NCBI GenBank assembly: GCA_963693095.2
Contig: OY843768.1
Coordinates: 256,001 to 320,000, forward strand
Length of the DNA: 64,000 bases
DNA from: Cenarchaeum sp.
GTDB lineage: Archaea; Thermoproteota; Nitrososphaeria; Nitrososphaerales; Nitrosopumilaceae
Direction of reading: 5' to 3'
This document shows positions 39,337-48,772 of this stretch, one piece after another. Numbering within the stretch: position 1 is the stretch's first letter; each line of letters starts with the position of its first letter. Made by a program: the position numbers and the translations under genes. The notes below the pieces were generated by a model, which was not told the origin of the DNA, did not search any database, and saw only the letters and a program-made list of their open reading frames with translations.

Positions 39337-39593
39337 CGGTCCAGCGCGCGCTCGAGGTCCGGCCCCCTTGCGCCGAGCATCCTGACAAACTCGCCAGTCT
39401 CTGCCTCTGTGGGATCCCTCCCGCATATCCTCCTCGTCTGGTAATAGAACGAGTTGTAGAGCATGCCGACGAGCATTGCGTATGGCGTGACAGCGCCGCG
39501 CCCGACGGCATCGGCAATGCCGGTTAGCTCTGCCCTGCGCTCAGTCGCCTCGGCGATCTTTGCGTCTATGCGCTCCTTGACCCTTGGATCCAT
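39333..39593 (-). CDS. Hypothetical protein
   Basis: 'G.LYNSFYYQTRRI..RDPT..E..EF' pattern of a small conserved thaumarchaeal protein; start at the ATG at 39593. Confidence 0.6.
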   Translation of the reverse strand: MDPRVKERIDAKIAEATERRAELTGIADAVGRGAVTPYAMLVGMLYNSFYYQTRRICGRDPTEAETGEFVRMLGARGPDLERALDR

Positions 39594-39680
39594 GGCGCGG
39601 CGCGTGCGCACGTGACTAAAAAGCGTGACGTGCGATCCGGCCGTCGGCGTTTTATACGGGCACGCCTGCGCCCCGTGCCG

Positions 39681-40439
39681 ATGATCAATGTGCGCGAGGG
39701 CGACGGCGGCAAGACTGTCCATGCGGCAGTGACTGACTTTGTCAACGTCATGGGATACTGTGAGCACAAGCTCGCCCCCATCGTCGAGGGCGTGGAGGTT
39801 CCGACGCCGGTGGCAGTAAGGCGCGGCGGCGCGGCGCACGTTCTAGAGGAGGCCAAGGACGCCAAGGATGTCGCCGAGAGGATCGAGCGCGGCGAGCTCG
39901 TCGAGGCAACCGAGGAGGCAATCGCAGATCCGGGCACACAGGTCGAGCTAGAGCGCGAGAGCGTGTACACCACACTGGAGATGCCAGTGTCATCTGGCGG
40001 CCGCAGCGCATCGGTCTGCCTCTTTGGCAGGGCCGACAAGGTCTGCCGCGTCAACGGCGCGCTGCGCGTCATAGACAACAAGTTTGCCGCAAACCCCGCA
40101 CGCTATGACTCGCGCGACGAGCCGTTCATGGACCAAAAGCTGCAGGTTCTCGCGTACCTCAACTCGTCATTCTCGACGACCAAGGCCCGCACCGATTCCC
40201 TTGACATACCGCACGAGAGCAAGGAGTGGTCCATCCAGATACATGACGCAATCACGCGCGAGCCGGCCAAGACGTTCCTCAAGACGCAGAGCGAGCATGA
40301 CCGCAGGGTCCTGGCCCACAACGTGTCGCGCTTTGCCGGCATTGCGCTAGGGTGGGAAAAGCCCGTCCACCACGACAACCCGCGCAAGTGCCGCCCGTGC
40401 CAGTACATTGGCGTGTGCAAGTTTGCGCTGCATGAATAG
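39681..40439 (+). CDS. Solo Cas4-like PD-(D/E)XK exonuclease with Fe-S cysteines
   Basis: N-terminal 'YCEHK', 'GRADKV...VIDNK', 'QVLAY', C-terminal 'KCRPCQY..VC'. Confidence 0.8.
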   Translation: MINVREGDGGKTVHAAVTDFVNVMGYCEHKLAPIVEGVEVPTPVAVRRGGAAHVLEEAKDAKDVAERIERGELVEATEEAIADPGTQVELERESVYTTLEMPVSSGGRSASVCLFGRADKVCRVNGALRVIDNKFAANPARYDSRDEPFMDQKLQVLAYLNSSFSTTKARTDSLDIPHESKEWSIQIHDAITREPAKTFLKTQSEHDRRVLAHNVSRFAGIALGWEKPVHHDNPRKCRPCQYIGVCKFALHE

Positions 40440-40468
40440 CCTGCAGCCAAGGGTTAAGTAAGCGCGCC

Positions 40469-42955
40469 GTGATGGCCTGCGTGACGATGGCGATGATAAG
40501 CTCGGCATTGCGCGCAGTGGAGCTGCGACAGGAGCCCGCGCCGCTAATCATAGGGGAGCGCCTCAACGCGCAGGGCTCGCGCAGGGCAAAGCGCCTGGTC
40601 CTCGATGACGACATTGGCGGCCTCGTTGACCTTGCGCGCGAGCAAGTCGAGGACGGCGCGCACTGCATCGACGTCTGCGTTGACACCACAGAGCGCTCTG
40701 ATGAGCGCGACATCATGCTGCGCCTCGTAAAGCGCCTCAGCCTTGAGGTCGAGGCGCCACTCGTCATAGACTCAACTAGCGCCGACGTCGTTGCTGCTGC
40801 CGTCGAGCAGATACCGGGCAAGCCGATAGTAAACTCGATCAACCTCGAGGGCGACGGGTCGCGCTTTGGGGCGATCGCGCCAGTCATGGCAAAGTATGGC
40901 GCGCCGGCAGTCGCAATGTGCATCGGTCCGGGCGGCATGGCAAAGACGCCGCAAGAAAAGCTGGACACGGCGCGCCTCCTACTCGACCATGGCCGCGACG
41001 CCGGACTTCGCGCAGACCAGTTCATCTTTGATGTCCTGACGTTCACGCTCGGGACTGGCGAGGCCGAGTATGCCGGCGCCGGCGCTGACACCCTGGAGGG
41101 CATACGCTCGGTCCACGAGGAGATGCCTGACTCGTACACGGTCCTCGGGCTGAGCAACATCAGCTTTGGCCTCACGCCGCCGGCGCGCAGGCTCATCAAC
41201 TCGGCGTTCCTCCACCATGCCGTGCGCGCCGGACTCGATGCGGTCATCATCAACGTGCGCGACATTACGGCATACGCGCAGATACCCGCATCCGAGCGCC
41301 GTCTCGCTGACGCCCTCATATTCAACGAGTCAGAAGGCGCACTGCCCGAGCTCATCGCGCACTTTGAGGCCGAGGGCACCGGAGGGGGCGGTGCGGCCAC
41401 GGCAAGGCAGCCGACAGTCGACCCGTCGATGAGCGCATCCAAGAGGTGCACGTTTCGCATAGTCAACAGGGTTCGTGACGGGATGGAAGGCGACGTGCTC
41501 GCCGCCATTGCCGAAAAGGTTCCCGGCGCGCCGGCGCCAGAGGGCGGCGAGCTCGCAATTCCGGCGCAGGCGGCGCACGAGGCGGCCTTGCGCACGCTCA
41601 ATGACGACCTATTGCCGGCGATGAAGGAGGTCGGCGACAAGTTTGGCGCCGGTGAGATCATACTGCCGTTTGTGCTAAAGTCAGCCGAGTGCATGAAGGC
41701 CGCCGTGGTAGAGCTCGAGCGCCACCTCATCAGGACGGATGAGGCCTCAAAGGGGAGCATTGTGCTCGGAACCGTGTATGGCGACGTGCATGACATTGGA
41801 AAGAACCTGGTCAAGACGATACTCGAGAACAACGGGTACACCGTCCATGACCTCGGCAAGCAGGTTCCGCTCCAGAGCTTTGTGGACAAGATACGCGAGA
41901 CCGGCGCTGATGCCGTTGGCCTCTCGGCGCTCCTCGTCCACACGTCGCGCCAGATGGGAGAGTTTGTCGACTATGCGCGCAAGAACTCGATGAGCATACC
42001 GATACTCTGCGGGGGCGCGGCAATACACACAAACTTTGTCAACAAGATAGCAAGCGAGGGCGGGATATACCCGAACGGCGTGTTTTACTGCAACACAATG
42101 TTTGATGGCCTCGAGGTCATGGAGCGCATTGCCGCCGGCGAGCGCGACGAGCTCGTCGCGTCATGGCGCACGAAAATAGAGTCATGGAAGCCGCCGGCCC
42201 CGCCGCAGAGGCGCAAGGACCAGGTGACGCGCACGGTAAAGCCAGTCGAGGCGCCGCGCGCGCCGTCCCTGGGCAAGGTCATTCGCCTGGGGCCACCCGA
42301 TGTCCCGCTCGGGGAGGTCTGGCCGCTCCTTGACAAGCGGTCGCTCTTCAAGATGTCCTGGGGCGTTCGCGGGCGGGCCGCTGCTGCCTCTGAGGCCGAG
42401 CACGAGCGCCTGTATGACGAGTGGAGGGAGCGCGCCGTCACTGATGGCCTCCTCGAGGCGCGCGTCGCCTATGCGTACCACGAGTGCCGCAACGCCGGCG
42501 GCGGGAGCCTTGAGGTCAAGGATGCCGCAGGCAAGGCCGTGACCTTTGAGTTTCCGCAGAGGGGCGGCGTGGGCATTGCGGACTATTTTGGCGAGCGCGA
42601 TGTCGTGGCGTTTCAGGCAGTAACCGTTGGCCCGCGTGTCGCAAGCACAGTCGAGGCGTGGAACGCCGATGGCCGCTATACTGACGCGTACTATCTGCAC
42701 GGCCTGGCCGTCGAGGCCGCCGAGGCACTCGCGGCCTGGACGCATGCGCGAATCCGCTCCGAGCTCGGAATTGGCAGCCGCGGCCTGCGCTACAGCTGGG
42801 GCTATCCGAGCTGTCCGGACATATCGCAGCACCAGCTTGTGTGGGATCTTATCAATCCGGCCGAGTCGGGCATGACGCTCACGTCACACCACCAGATAGT
42901 GCCCGAGCAATCGACTGCGGCACTCGTGGTCCACCACCCTGACGCGTCGTACTAG
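40469..42955 (+). CDS. metH: Cobalamin-dependent methionine synthase (pterin-binding, B12-binding and reactivation domains; homocysteine-binding domain absent)
   Basis: 'IGERLN..GS', 'GLSNISFG', 'LPFVLKSAE.MK', 'GDVHDIGKNLV', 'RYSWGYPSCPD'. Confidence 0.92.
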   Translation: MMACVTMAMISSALRAVELRQEPAPLIIGERLNAQGSRRAKRLVLDDDIGGLVDLAREQVEDGAHCIDVCVDTTERSDERDIMLRLVKRLSLEVEAPLVIDSTSADVVAAAVEQIPGKPIVNSINLEGDGSRFGAIAPVMAKYGAPAVAMCIGPGGMAKTPQEKLDTARLLLDHGRDAGLRADQFIFDVLTFTLGTGEAEYAGAGADTLEGIRSVHEEMPDSYTVLGLSNISFGLTPPARRLINSAFLHHAVRAGLDAVIINVRDITAYAQIPASERRLADALIFNESEGALPELIAHFEAEGTGGGGAATARQPTVDPSMSASKRCTFRIVNRVRDGMEGDVLAAIAEKVPGAPAPEGGELAIPAQAAHEAALRTLNDDLLPAMKEVGDKFGAGEIILPFVLKSAECMKAAVVELERHLIRTDEASKGSIVLGTVYGDVHDIGKNLVKTILENNGYTVHDLGKQVPLQSFVDKIRETGADAVGLSALLVHTSRQMGEFVDYARKNSMSIPILCGGAAIHTNFVNKIASEGGIYPNGVFYCNTMFDGLEVMERIAAGERDELVASWRTKIESWKPPAPPQRRKDQVTRTVKPVEAPRAPSLGKVIRLGPPDVPLGEVWPLLDKRSLFKMSWGVRGRAAAASEAEHERLYDEWRERAVTDGLLEARVAYAYHECRNAGGGSLEVKDAAGKAVTFEFPQRGGVGIADYFGERDVVAFQAVTVGPRVASTVEAWNADGRYTDAYYLHGLAVEAAEALAAWTHARIRSELGIGSRGLRYSWGYPSCPDISQHQLVWDLINPAESGMTLTSHHQIVPEQSTAALVVHHPDASY

Positions 42956-43695
42956 CGTGCTGATGCAATGACTGACTCGGCCATTGCGCGGTCCCTGGGC
43001 GACGTCACAAGGACATTGCCGGCGATCTCGTGAACGCGCCGGACAAACGCGCCGGGATCATCCCTGTACGCCGACCAGTCCAGCCCGAGCGTGCGCGCAG
43101 ATGCGGCATTCTTTGGGGACGGGATCATCACGCACGGCATAACGCCAACGCCGTGCTCCAGCATCTCCCCGACGATACTTGTGGCCTGCGCGGCCGACGA
43201 GATGACCTGCGTCACAAACCCGTCGGGCCTTGCGGCGAGCTTTTTCTGCGTCCTTGCGGCATCCGGCGCAGTCGGCAGCGAGAGGAGCATCCTGAGGCCG
43301 CACGTTGATGAGCCCGCGCGCAGCCTGGCGAGCACGCCGCCGGGATAGAGTCCCGAGTCGTGCGCGCCCTCGTACTGTGGCGGATCGCCCCTGACGAGCA
43401 GGACGCCTGACACGCCGGTGCGCGCCGCGGCGGCAATGTCAGATGTAATGCGCTCGAGGCTGCGGTCGCGCGTCCGCAGGCTCATCATCACGTCGATGCC
43501 GGCCCCCTGCGCGATGATCTCTGCGCACGCGTCTAGGGCGCCGATGCGCCGTGTCCCGAGGACGCCGTCAGTCACGAGCAGGCCGTCGGCGACTTTTATC
43601 ATGCGCCCTAGGCGGCCTGTCATGGACTCTAGCTGCGCACGCGTCCCCTGGCCGTCCTCGACCCTCGGCGGATTGACTTCATACACTATGGCCAT
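42952..43695 (-). CDS. Methylenetetrahydrofolate reductase-like protein
   Basis: 'YEVNPP', 'TD..LG..R', 'RTRDR', 'GDP', 'FVTQ'; convergent with metH. Confidence 0.75.
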   Translation of the reverse strand: MAIVYEVNPPRVEDGQGTRAQLESMTGRLGRMIKVADGLLVTDGVLGTRRIGALDACAEIIAQGAGIDVMMSLRTRDRSLERITSDIAAAARTGVSGVLLVRGDPPQYEGAHDSGLYPGGVLARLRAGSSTCGLRMLLSLPTAPDAARTQKKLAARPDGFVTQVISSAAQATSIVGEMLEHGVGVMPCVMIPSPKNAASARTLGLDWSAYRDDPGAFVRRVHEIAGNVLVTSPRDRAMAESVIASAR

Positions 43696-43924
43696 TGCCG
43701 GATCGGCAGGCCGTGCGGGGCGCTATATCTAAACCGTCACGGGCTGCTGCGCGTTTATGCGGCCGCGTGCGGCGGGGCTATGCCCGTGGCGGACGCTGCG
43801 TTCTGCCGTGTCGGGGATGGGGCAAACATATGCGCATGGTGGCATATATTCAATAAAAATCGTTCGCTCACGCCTGCTTGAGACGTTCATAACTTTATTA
43901 GCCTGGGGCGCCCATGGGCGTGAC

Positions 43925-44575
43925 GTGAAGTACAAGTACGAGCGGTTCAAGAACACATTCGCCCCGCTCATCGACCACGAAATCCTCGATGTCGAGCAGA
44001 TCATTCTTGGGATGCGCCTTGGCGTGGTGGAGCAGGACAAGTTGCCGCCTGCGGCAAAGAAAGCCATCAAAGATGAGATAGACAAGCGCGCAAAAGCGCA
44101 GGTGACCCCCGTGAAACTACTGATCCTGCTTCTTGGGTCGGTCGGTGATGTGAAATACAAGACACGCCTTCAAAAATACCTCTTTCTTGCAGATAACCAG
44201 CTCTTGAAAACAAGGCAGCCCAAAACAAAAAGAATGGTGTACGGATGGAAACCACATTACTATGGCCCGTTTAGCAAACATTTGGAGTTTGCTGTGAAAG
44301 ATGCAGTTAAAGCAAATCTGATTGAGTGTTTTCCCATTCATGAAGATAACAAAAGTCCAGGTATTGGATACAGGCTCACAATTAAGGGACGCGCTGAGTT
44401 TCAACGTATATTGCCAAATTTCAACGAGACGTCAAATCTAATTCGTGGTATGCTGCTTAAATTTCAAAAAGACCGAACAGAACACCAACTTTTAGAGTTT
44501 GTATATCTGATGTATCCAAAATACACAGAAAAAAGCGTGATCCGTGACAAGTTTCCTATAATAACTAGGAATTAA
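43925..44575 (+). CDS. Cassette gene A, copy 1: Panacea/DUF4065(SocA)/YwgA-like winged-helix protein
   Basis: 'KTRLQKYLFL...WKPHHYGPFS..L...YRLT.KG...LLEFVY..YP.YT.KS.I'. GTG start about 25 nt after a TATA-like AACTTTATTA. Confidence 0.7.
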   Translation: MKYKYERFKNTFAPLIDHEILDVEQIILGMRLGVVEQDKLPPAAKKAIKDEIDKRAKAQVTPVKLLILLLGSVGDVKYKTRLQKYLFLADNQLLKTRQPKTKRMVYGWKPHYYGPFSKHLEFAVKDAVKANLIECFPIHEDNKSPGIGYRLTIKGRAEFQRILPNFNETSNLIRGMLLKFQKDRTEHQLLEFVYLMYPKYTEKSVIRDKFPIITRN

Positions 44576-44579
44576 CACA

Positions 44580-45062
44580 ATGCCTGGACGTGATAAGACT
44601 GCACTGGCAACTATTGCCCGAACTCTTGATCCTAGCAAAGAATGGGACATATACGAAACACAACTTCATGATCGTGATTTAGCGTCTAGATCTTATTCCT
44701 ATTCCTTTGAAACTCGAAAGTTTTATTTTGTCGAAAACCCTGCACATAGAGCAGAATTGATGGATTTATATGGCGACGGGCGTAACCCACTTAACATTAT
44801 AGCGTTCTACGATGTGTATGACCTTATATTGCAATACTCTGATATCGAACATGCTATAGATCAAGTAATCGATGATGGGGACATTCCATTTATTGGTCAA
44901 TGGGGTTCTCTTGGCGATGTTTGTCGTGGAGTTTCGATTGTGGTAGATCATGGGATTTTTGATCAGGATGTTTTGAAATTACTTGATGAACTTGATCAAG
45001 ATTACGCCGCTAGAATCACCCGTGACAAATTTAGCTATTTTCCGCCATTGCATCAACCATAG
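44580..45062 (+). CDS. Cassette gene B, copy 1: 160-aa protein of unknown family (candidate toxin/effector)
   Basis: Intact ORF 4 nt after gene A, with two paralogues in the window. Confidence 0.75.
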   Translation: MPGRDKTALATIARTLDPSKEWDIYETQLHDRDLASRSYSYSFETRKFYFVENPAHRAELMDLYGDGRNPLNIIAFYDVYDLILQYSDIEHAIDQVIDDGDIPFIGQWGSLGDVCRGVSIVVDHGIFDQDVLKLLDELDQDYAARITRDKFSYFPPLHQP

Positions 45063-45152
45063 TCAAATCCGTGCCCCTTGTTCATTATAATGTGCGTCAA
45101 CTGCGCAGCAGCTGGAGCATCTGAGGTGCTGACCTCACGCGTGCGCCAGCGT

Positions 45153-46314
45153 GGCTCTGTCCATGAATGATTCCGCAAAAGGATAGCAAAGCTTTTAGAT
45201 CAAGGGCAGGCCGACTCAATAGCCCCTAGATCGGCGCGCCGGCCTTTCCCGCAATGACTGCAAGGAACAGGGGAAGCGCGAGCTCGAGGGCGGTCCTTGC
45301 CACCCTCGTGTCGCTGTACATGAAGGCAACCCGGAGGGGACCAAGGCCGTGGGAAACCAGCCCGCTAGGGCAACACGGCCTTGATCCCGTGGGCATGTCG
45401 CTGTGCATCGTGCTAAAGTCCATGTACGGACTGACGTACGACGGCACGTGCGACTACCTGTCGGAACACCCGCACCTGGTGAAGTCGCTGGGCCTCAAAA
45501 GGGTTCCGTCGCGGTCCGCGCTGCAGTGCGCCGCCGCGAGGATGGAGCCGGAGTTCACGGCATGGGTGCTCGTCGCGGCCGGCAGGCCGGGCATGAGGGG
45601 CACGCTGCTTGCCGACTCGACGGGGGTTGGCGTGCACACCCACGTGCGGTGGCTCGACGTGCGCGACGGCAGGACGTCGCGGCGGGACTTCCTGAAGCTG
45701 CACGCCGTCACTACCGCAGATGGCATAATAGTGGCATTTGCCGTGACGGACGGGACGGCCGGCGACGCGCCGGCGTTCCGGCGCATGTGCCCTTCGCTCC
45801 CGTCGGGGCGCGGGCACGTGATCCTGGACGCGGCGTACCTCTCTCGCGAGATATGCGAGATGGTCGAGGCGACGGGGCGCGAGCCGGTGATCAGGCCAAA
45901 GTCCAACACGTCCGACCGCGGGTTTGACGCGCGGGGCCGGATGATGCGCCGGTACCGCAGAGACACCGAGGCGTTCATGCGCACGTACGGCAAGCGCAAC
46001 GTCGTCGAGTCCGTCTTCTCCTCGATCAAGAGGAGGATCGCCGGGACGCTGCGGGCGCGCACGCGCCGCACGCAGCGCACCGAGCTGTCGTGCATCGCCC
46101 TGGGGTACAACGTGCTGAGGCTGCTGGAGAGGTAGCGCCGGGGCGCGCCGGGATCGGAGGTGCGCGCCCAGCGTGAGCTGCGCACGCCGCGGGGATCCCG
46201 GCGCCCGACCCGGCGCCGGCGCGCTGGGATCCCCCGACGGAGCCGCCGGGGAGCCGGAACTTCACGCCATGCCGCCCCCGGATCCGCCCCCCACGCCTAC
46301 TCGTGGACAGAGCC
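45153..46314 (+). mobile_element. IS5-family insertion sequence (full length, about 1.16 kb)
   Basis: TIRs GGCTCTGTCCATGAAT (45153) and ACTCGTGGACAGAGCC (ending 46314) enclose a DDE transposase; no TSD visible. Confidence 0.85.
45254..46135 (+). CDS. IS5-family DDE transposase
   Basis: 'ADSTG', 'FLKLHAV', 'ILDAAYLS', 'IRPKSN', 'YGKRNVVESVFSSIKR'. Confidence 0.88.
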   Translation: MTARNRGSASSRAVLATLVSLYMKATRRGPRPWETSPLGQHGLDPVGMSLCIVLKSMYGLTYDGTCDYLSEHPHLVKSLGLKRVPSRSALQCAAARMEPEFTAWVLVAAGRPGMRGTLLADSTGVGVHTHVRWLDVRDGRTSRRDFLKLHAVTTADGIIVAFAVTDGTAGDAPAFRRMCPSLPSGRGHVILDAAYLSREICEMVEATGREPVIRPKSNTSDRGFDARGRMMRRYRRDTEAFMRTYGKRNVVESVFSSIKRRIAGTLRARTRRTQRTELSCIALGYNVLRLLER

Positions 46315-46361
46315 GACATGCTCATAACTTTTTTAACTTGGGACTACCTAGGCATGGTGTC

Positions 46362-47003
46362 ATGTCCGAGACGTTCAAGAACTCATTTGCCCCGCTTATC
46401 GACCGCGAACTCCTCGATGTCGGCCAAATCATTGTTGGAATGCGCCTGGGCGTGGTGGAACAAGACAAGTTGCCGCCTGCGGCCAAAGAGGCCATCAGGA
46501 ATGAAATAGACAGACGCAAAAAAGCGCAAGTGTCCCCCATGACGCTGCTTATCGTGCTTCTTGGTTCGGTAGGAGATGTAAAATACAAGACACGCCTGCA
46601 AAAATATGTATTTCTTGCAGACAAGCAACTCTTGCAAACAAAAAAACTCAACCCTGACCTGCTGGTGTATGAATGGAAACCACACCATTATGGCCCCTTT
46701 AGCGAAGATTTGGAGCTTTGTGTGAAAGAAGCCATTGAAGAAAAACTGGTTGCTTCCTTTGAAATTCATGAAGATGGTAAAAATCCTGGTATTGGATACA
46801 AGCTTACAATTAAGGGGCGCGTTGAATTTAAGCGTTTATTGTCACATTTCCATGACATATCACACCTAATTCGTGGCATGTTGCTAGATTTCCAAAAAGA
46901 TCGTACAGAATACAATCTTCTAGAGTTTGTATATCAAATGCATCCAGAATACACCACACACAGCATGATTCGTGATAAATTTACTAACGTAGATCGGAAT
47001 TAG
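46362..47003 (+). CDS. Cassette gene A, copy 2 (Panacea/DUF4065-like)
   Basis: Clear paralogue of 43925-44575, with the same promoter motif at about 46323-46341. Confidence 0.72.
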   Translation: MSETFKNSFAPLIDRELLDVGQIIVGMRLGVVEQDKLPPAAKEAIRNEIDRRKKAQVSPMTLLIVLLGSVGDVKYKTRLQKYVFLADKQLLQTKKLNPDLLVYEWKPHHYGPFSEDLELCVKEAIEEKLVASFEIHEDGKNPGIGYKLTIKGRVEFKRLLSHFHDISHLIRGMLLDFQKDRTEYNLLEFVYQMHPEYTTHSMIRDKFTNVDRN

Positions 47004-47008
47004 GAAAA

Positions 47009-47491
47009 ATGCCTGGCCGTTCTACGTCTTCGTTGGCGAATATTGCAAAAACTATTGTTCCTTACAACGAATGGGTCCTATACAAACCACAACTTAATGA
47101 GCGCGCATTGGAAAACCGTTCTTATTCTTACTCTTTTGAAACTCGCAAGTTTTATTTTGCTGAAAATCCTGTACATAGAAATCAGTTAATGGATTTATAT
47201 GGTGATGGCGATAACCCGCTTAACATTATTGCGATCCATGATGTGTATGATTCTGTGTTGCGTTACCGTACAGTCGCTCAAACTCTACGCGAGGTCATTG
47301 CTAATGGTCACATTCCATTTATTGGCAAATGGGGCGCTTTGAACGACGTTTGCCAGGGGGTTTCTATCATTGTAAATCATGGGATTCTTGATTGTGATGT
47401 TTTGCAATGGCTTGATGACCTTAAGCAAGATTATGCTGCTAGAATCACCCGCCATGCATGTGACTATTTTCCGCCATTGCGTCAACCATAG
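47009..47491 (+). CDS. Cassette gene B, copy 2 (160 aa, unknown family)
   Basis: Colinear paralogue: 'SYSYSFETRKFYF.ENP.HR..LMDLYGDG.NPLNIIA..DVYD...IPFIG.WG.L.DVC.GVSI.V.HGI...QDYAARITR...YFPPL'. Confidence 0.75.
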   Translation: MPGRSTSSLANIAKTIVPYNEWVLYKPQLNERALENRSYSYSFETRKFYFAENPVHRNQLMDLYGDGDNPLNIIAIHDVYDSVLRYRTVAQTLREVIANGHIPFIGKWGALNDVCQGVSIIVNHGILDCDVLQWLDDLKQDYAARITRHACDYFPPLRQP

Positions 47492-47534
47492 CCCAATCCA
47501 TGCCTTTTGTTTATGTTGATGTGCGCTCAACCAC

Positions 47535-47967
47535 GGCTCTGTCCATGAATGGATCCCGAGGGGGCACCGCAAAGCTTATGGATCATGGGCGAAACCGGCC
47601 CAAACGCCCTTAGATCGGCGCGCCGACGGCCTGGCAATGACTGCAAGGAACAGGGGGACGCGAGCTCGAGGGCGGTCTTTGCCACCCTCGTGTCGCTGCG
47701 CATGAAGGCAGTCCGGAGAGGACCGGAGCCGCGGAAATGCAGCTGCTGGGGCAGCGCGGCCTTGATCCCGTAGGGGCATGTCGCTGCGCATCGTGCTGAA
47801 GTCCATGTACGGACTGACGCACGACGGCACGCGCGACTACCTGTCGGGGCGTCCGCACCTGGTGGGGTCGCCGGGGCGAGGGGATCCGCGCCAGGGGCGG
47901 GATGGGGCAGGAATTTCACGGTGCAGCGCCCCGGGACGGCCGCCCGTGCGTATTCGTGGACAAAGCC
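47535..47967 (+). mobile_element. Internally deleted (MITE-like) derivative of the IS5-family element
   Basis: TIRs GGCTCTGTCCATGAAT and ATTCGTGGACAAAGCC; retains a decayed 5' part of the transposase ('GCATGTCGCTG.GCATCGTGCT.AAGTCCATGTACGGACTGACG'). Confidence 0.8.
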
Positions 47968-48013
47968 TGAAATGCTCATAACTTTTTTAACTTGGGACGC
48001 CCCCAAGCGCGGT

Positions 48014-48658
48014 GTGAAGTACAAGACGTTCAAGAACACATTCGCCCCGCTCATCGACCACGAAATCCTCGATGTCGAGCAGATCATTCTTGGGATGCGC
48101 CTTGGCGTGGTGGAGCAGGACAAGTTGCCGCCTGCGGCCAAGAAAGCCATCAAAGATGAGATAGACAAGCGCACAAAAGCGCTGGTGACCCCCATGAGGC
48201 TGCTGATCCTGCTTCTTGGGTCGGTCGGTGACGTGAAATACAAGACACGCCTGCAAAAATACGCATTTCTTGCCGACAACCAGCTCTTACAAGCAAAAGA
48301 GATCAAAACTAATAAGCTGGTGTGTCACTGGAAACCACATCATTATGGCCCGTTTAGCTACAATTTGGAGATTTGTGTAAATGAGGCCATTGAAGAAAAA
48401 TTGGTCGCTTCCTTTCAAATTCATGAGGACGGCAAAACTCCGGGTGTTGGATACAGGCTTACAATTAAGGGGCGTGCCGAGTTTAAGCGTTTATTGCCAA
48501 ATTTCCACAAGGCATCAAAACTAATTCGTGGCATGCTGATCGACTTTCAAAAAGATTCTACAGAATACAAGCTTCTAGAGTTTGTATACCAAATGCATCC
48601 CAAATATACAGAAAAAAGCGTGATTCGTGGAAGGTTTGCCAACGCAGACCGGAATTAG
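48014..48658 (+). CDS. Cassette gene A, copy 3 (Panacea/DUF4065-like)
   Basis: Paralogue whose 5' part is nearly identical to copy 1 and whose 3' part is closer to copy 2. Confidence 0.72.
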   Translation: MKYKTFKNTFAPLIDHEILDVEQIILGMRLGVVEQDKLPPAAKKAIKDEIDKRTKALVTPMRLLILLLGSVGDVKYKTRLQKYAFLADNQLLQAKEIKTNKLVCHWKPHHYGPFSYNLEICVNEAIEEKLVASFQIHEDGKTPGVGYRLTIKGRAEFKRLLPNFHKASKLIRGMLIDFQKDSTEYKLLEFVYQMHPKYTEKSVIRGRFANADRN

Positions 48659-48772
48659 CAAAAATGCCTGGCCGTTCTAAGTCTACACTGGCTACTATTG
48701 CAAAAACTCTTGTCCCTCACAAAGAATGGTCTATATACCAGTCACAACTTGATGATCGTGATTTGGCGTCTA

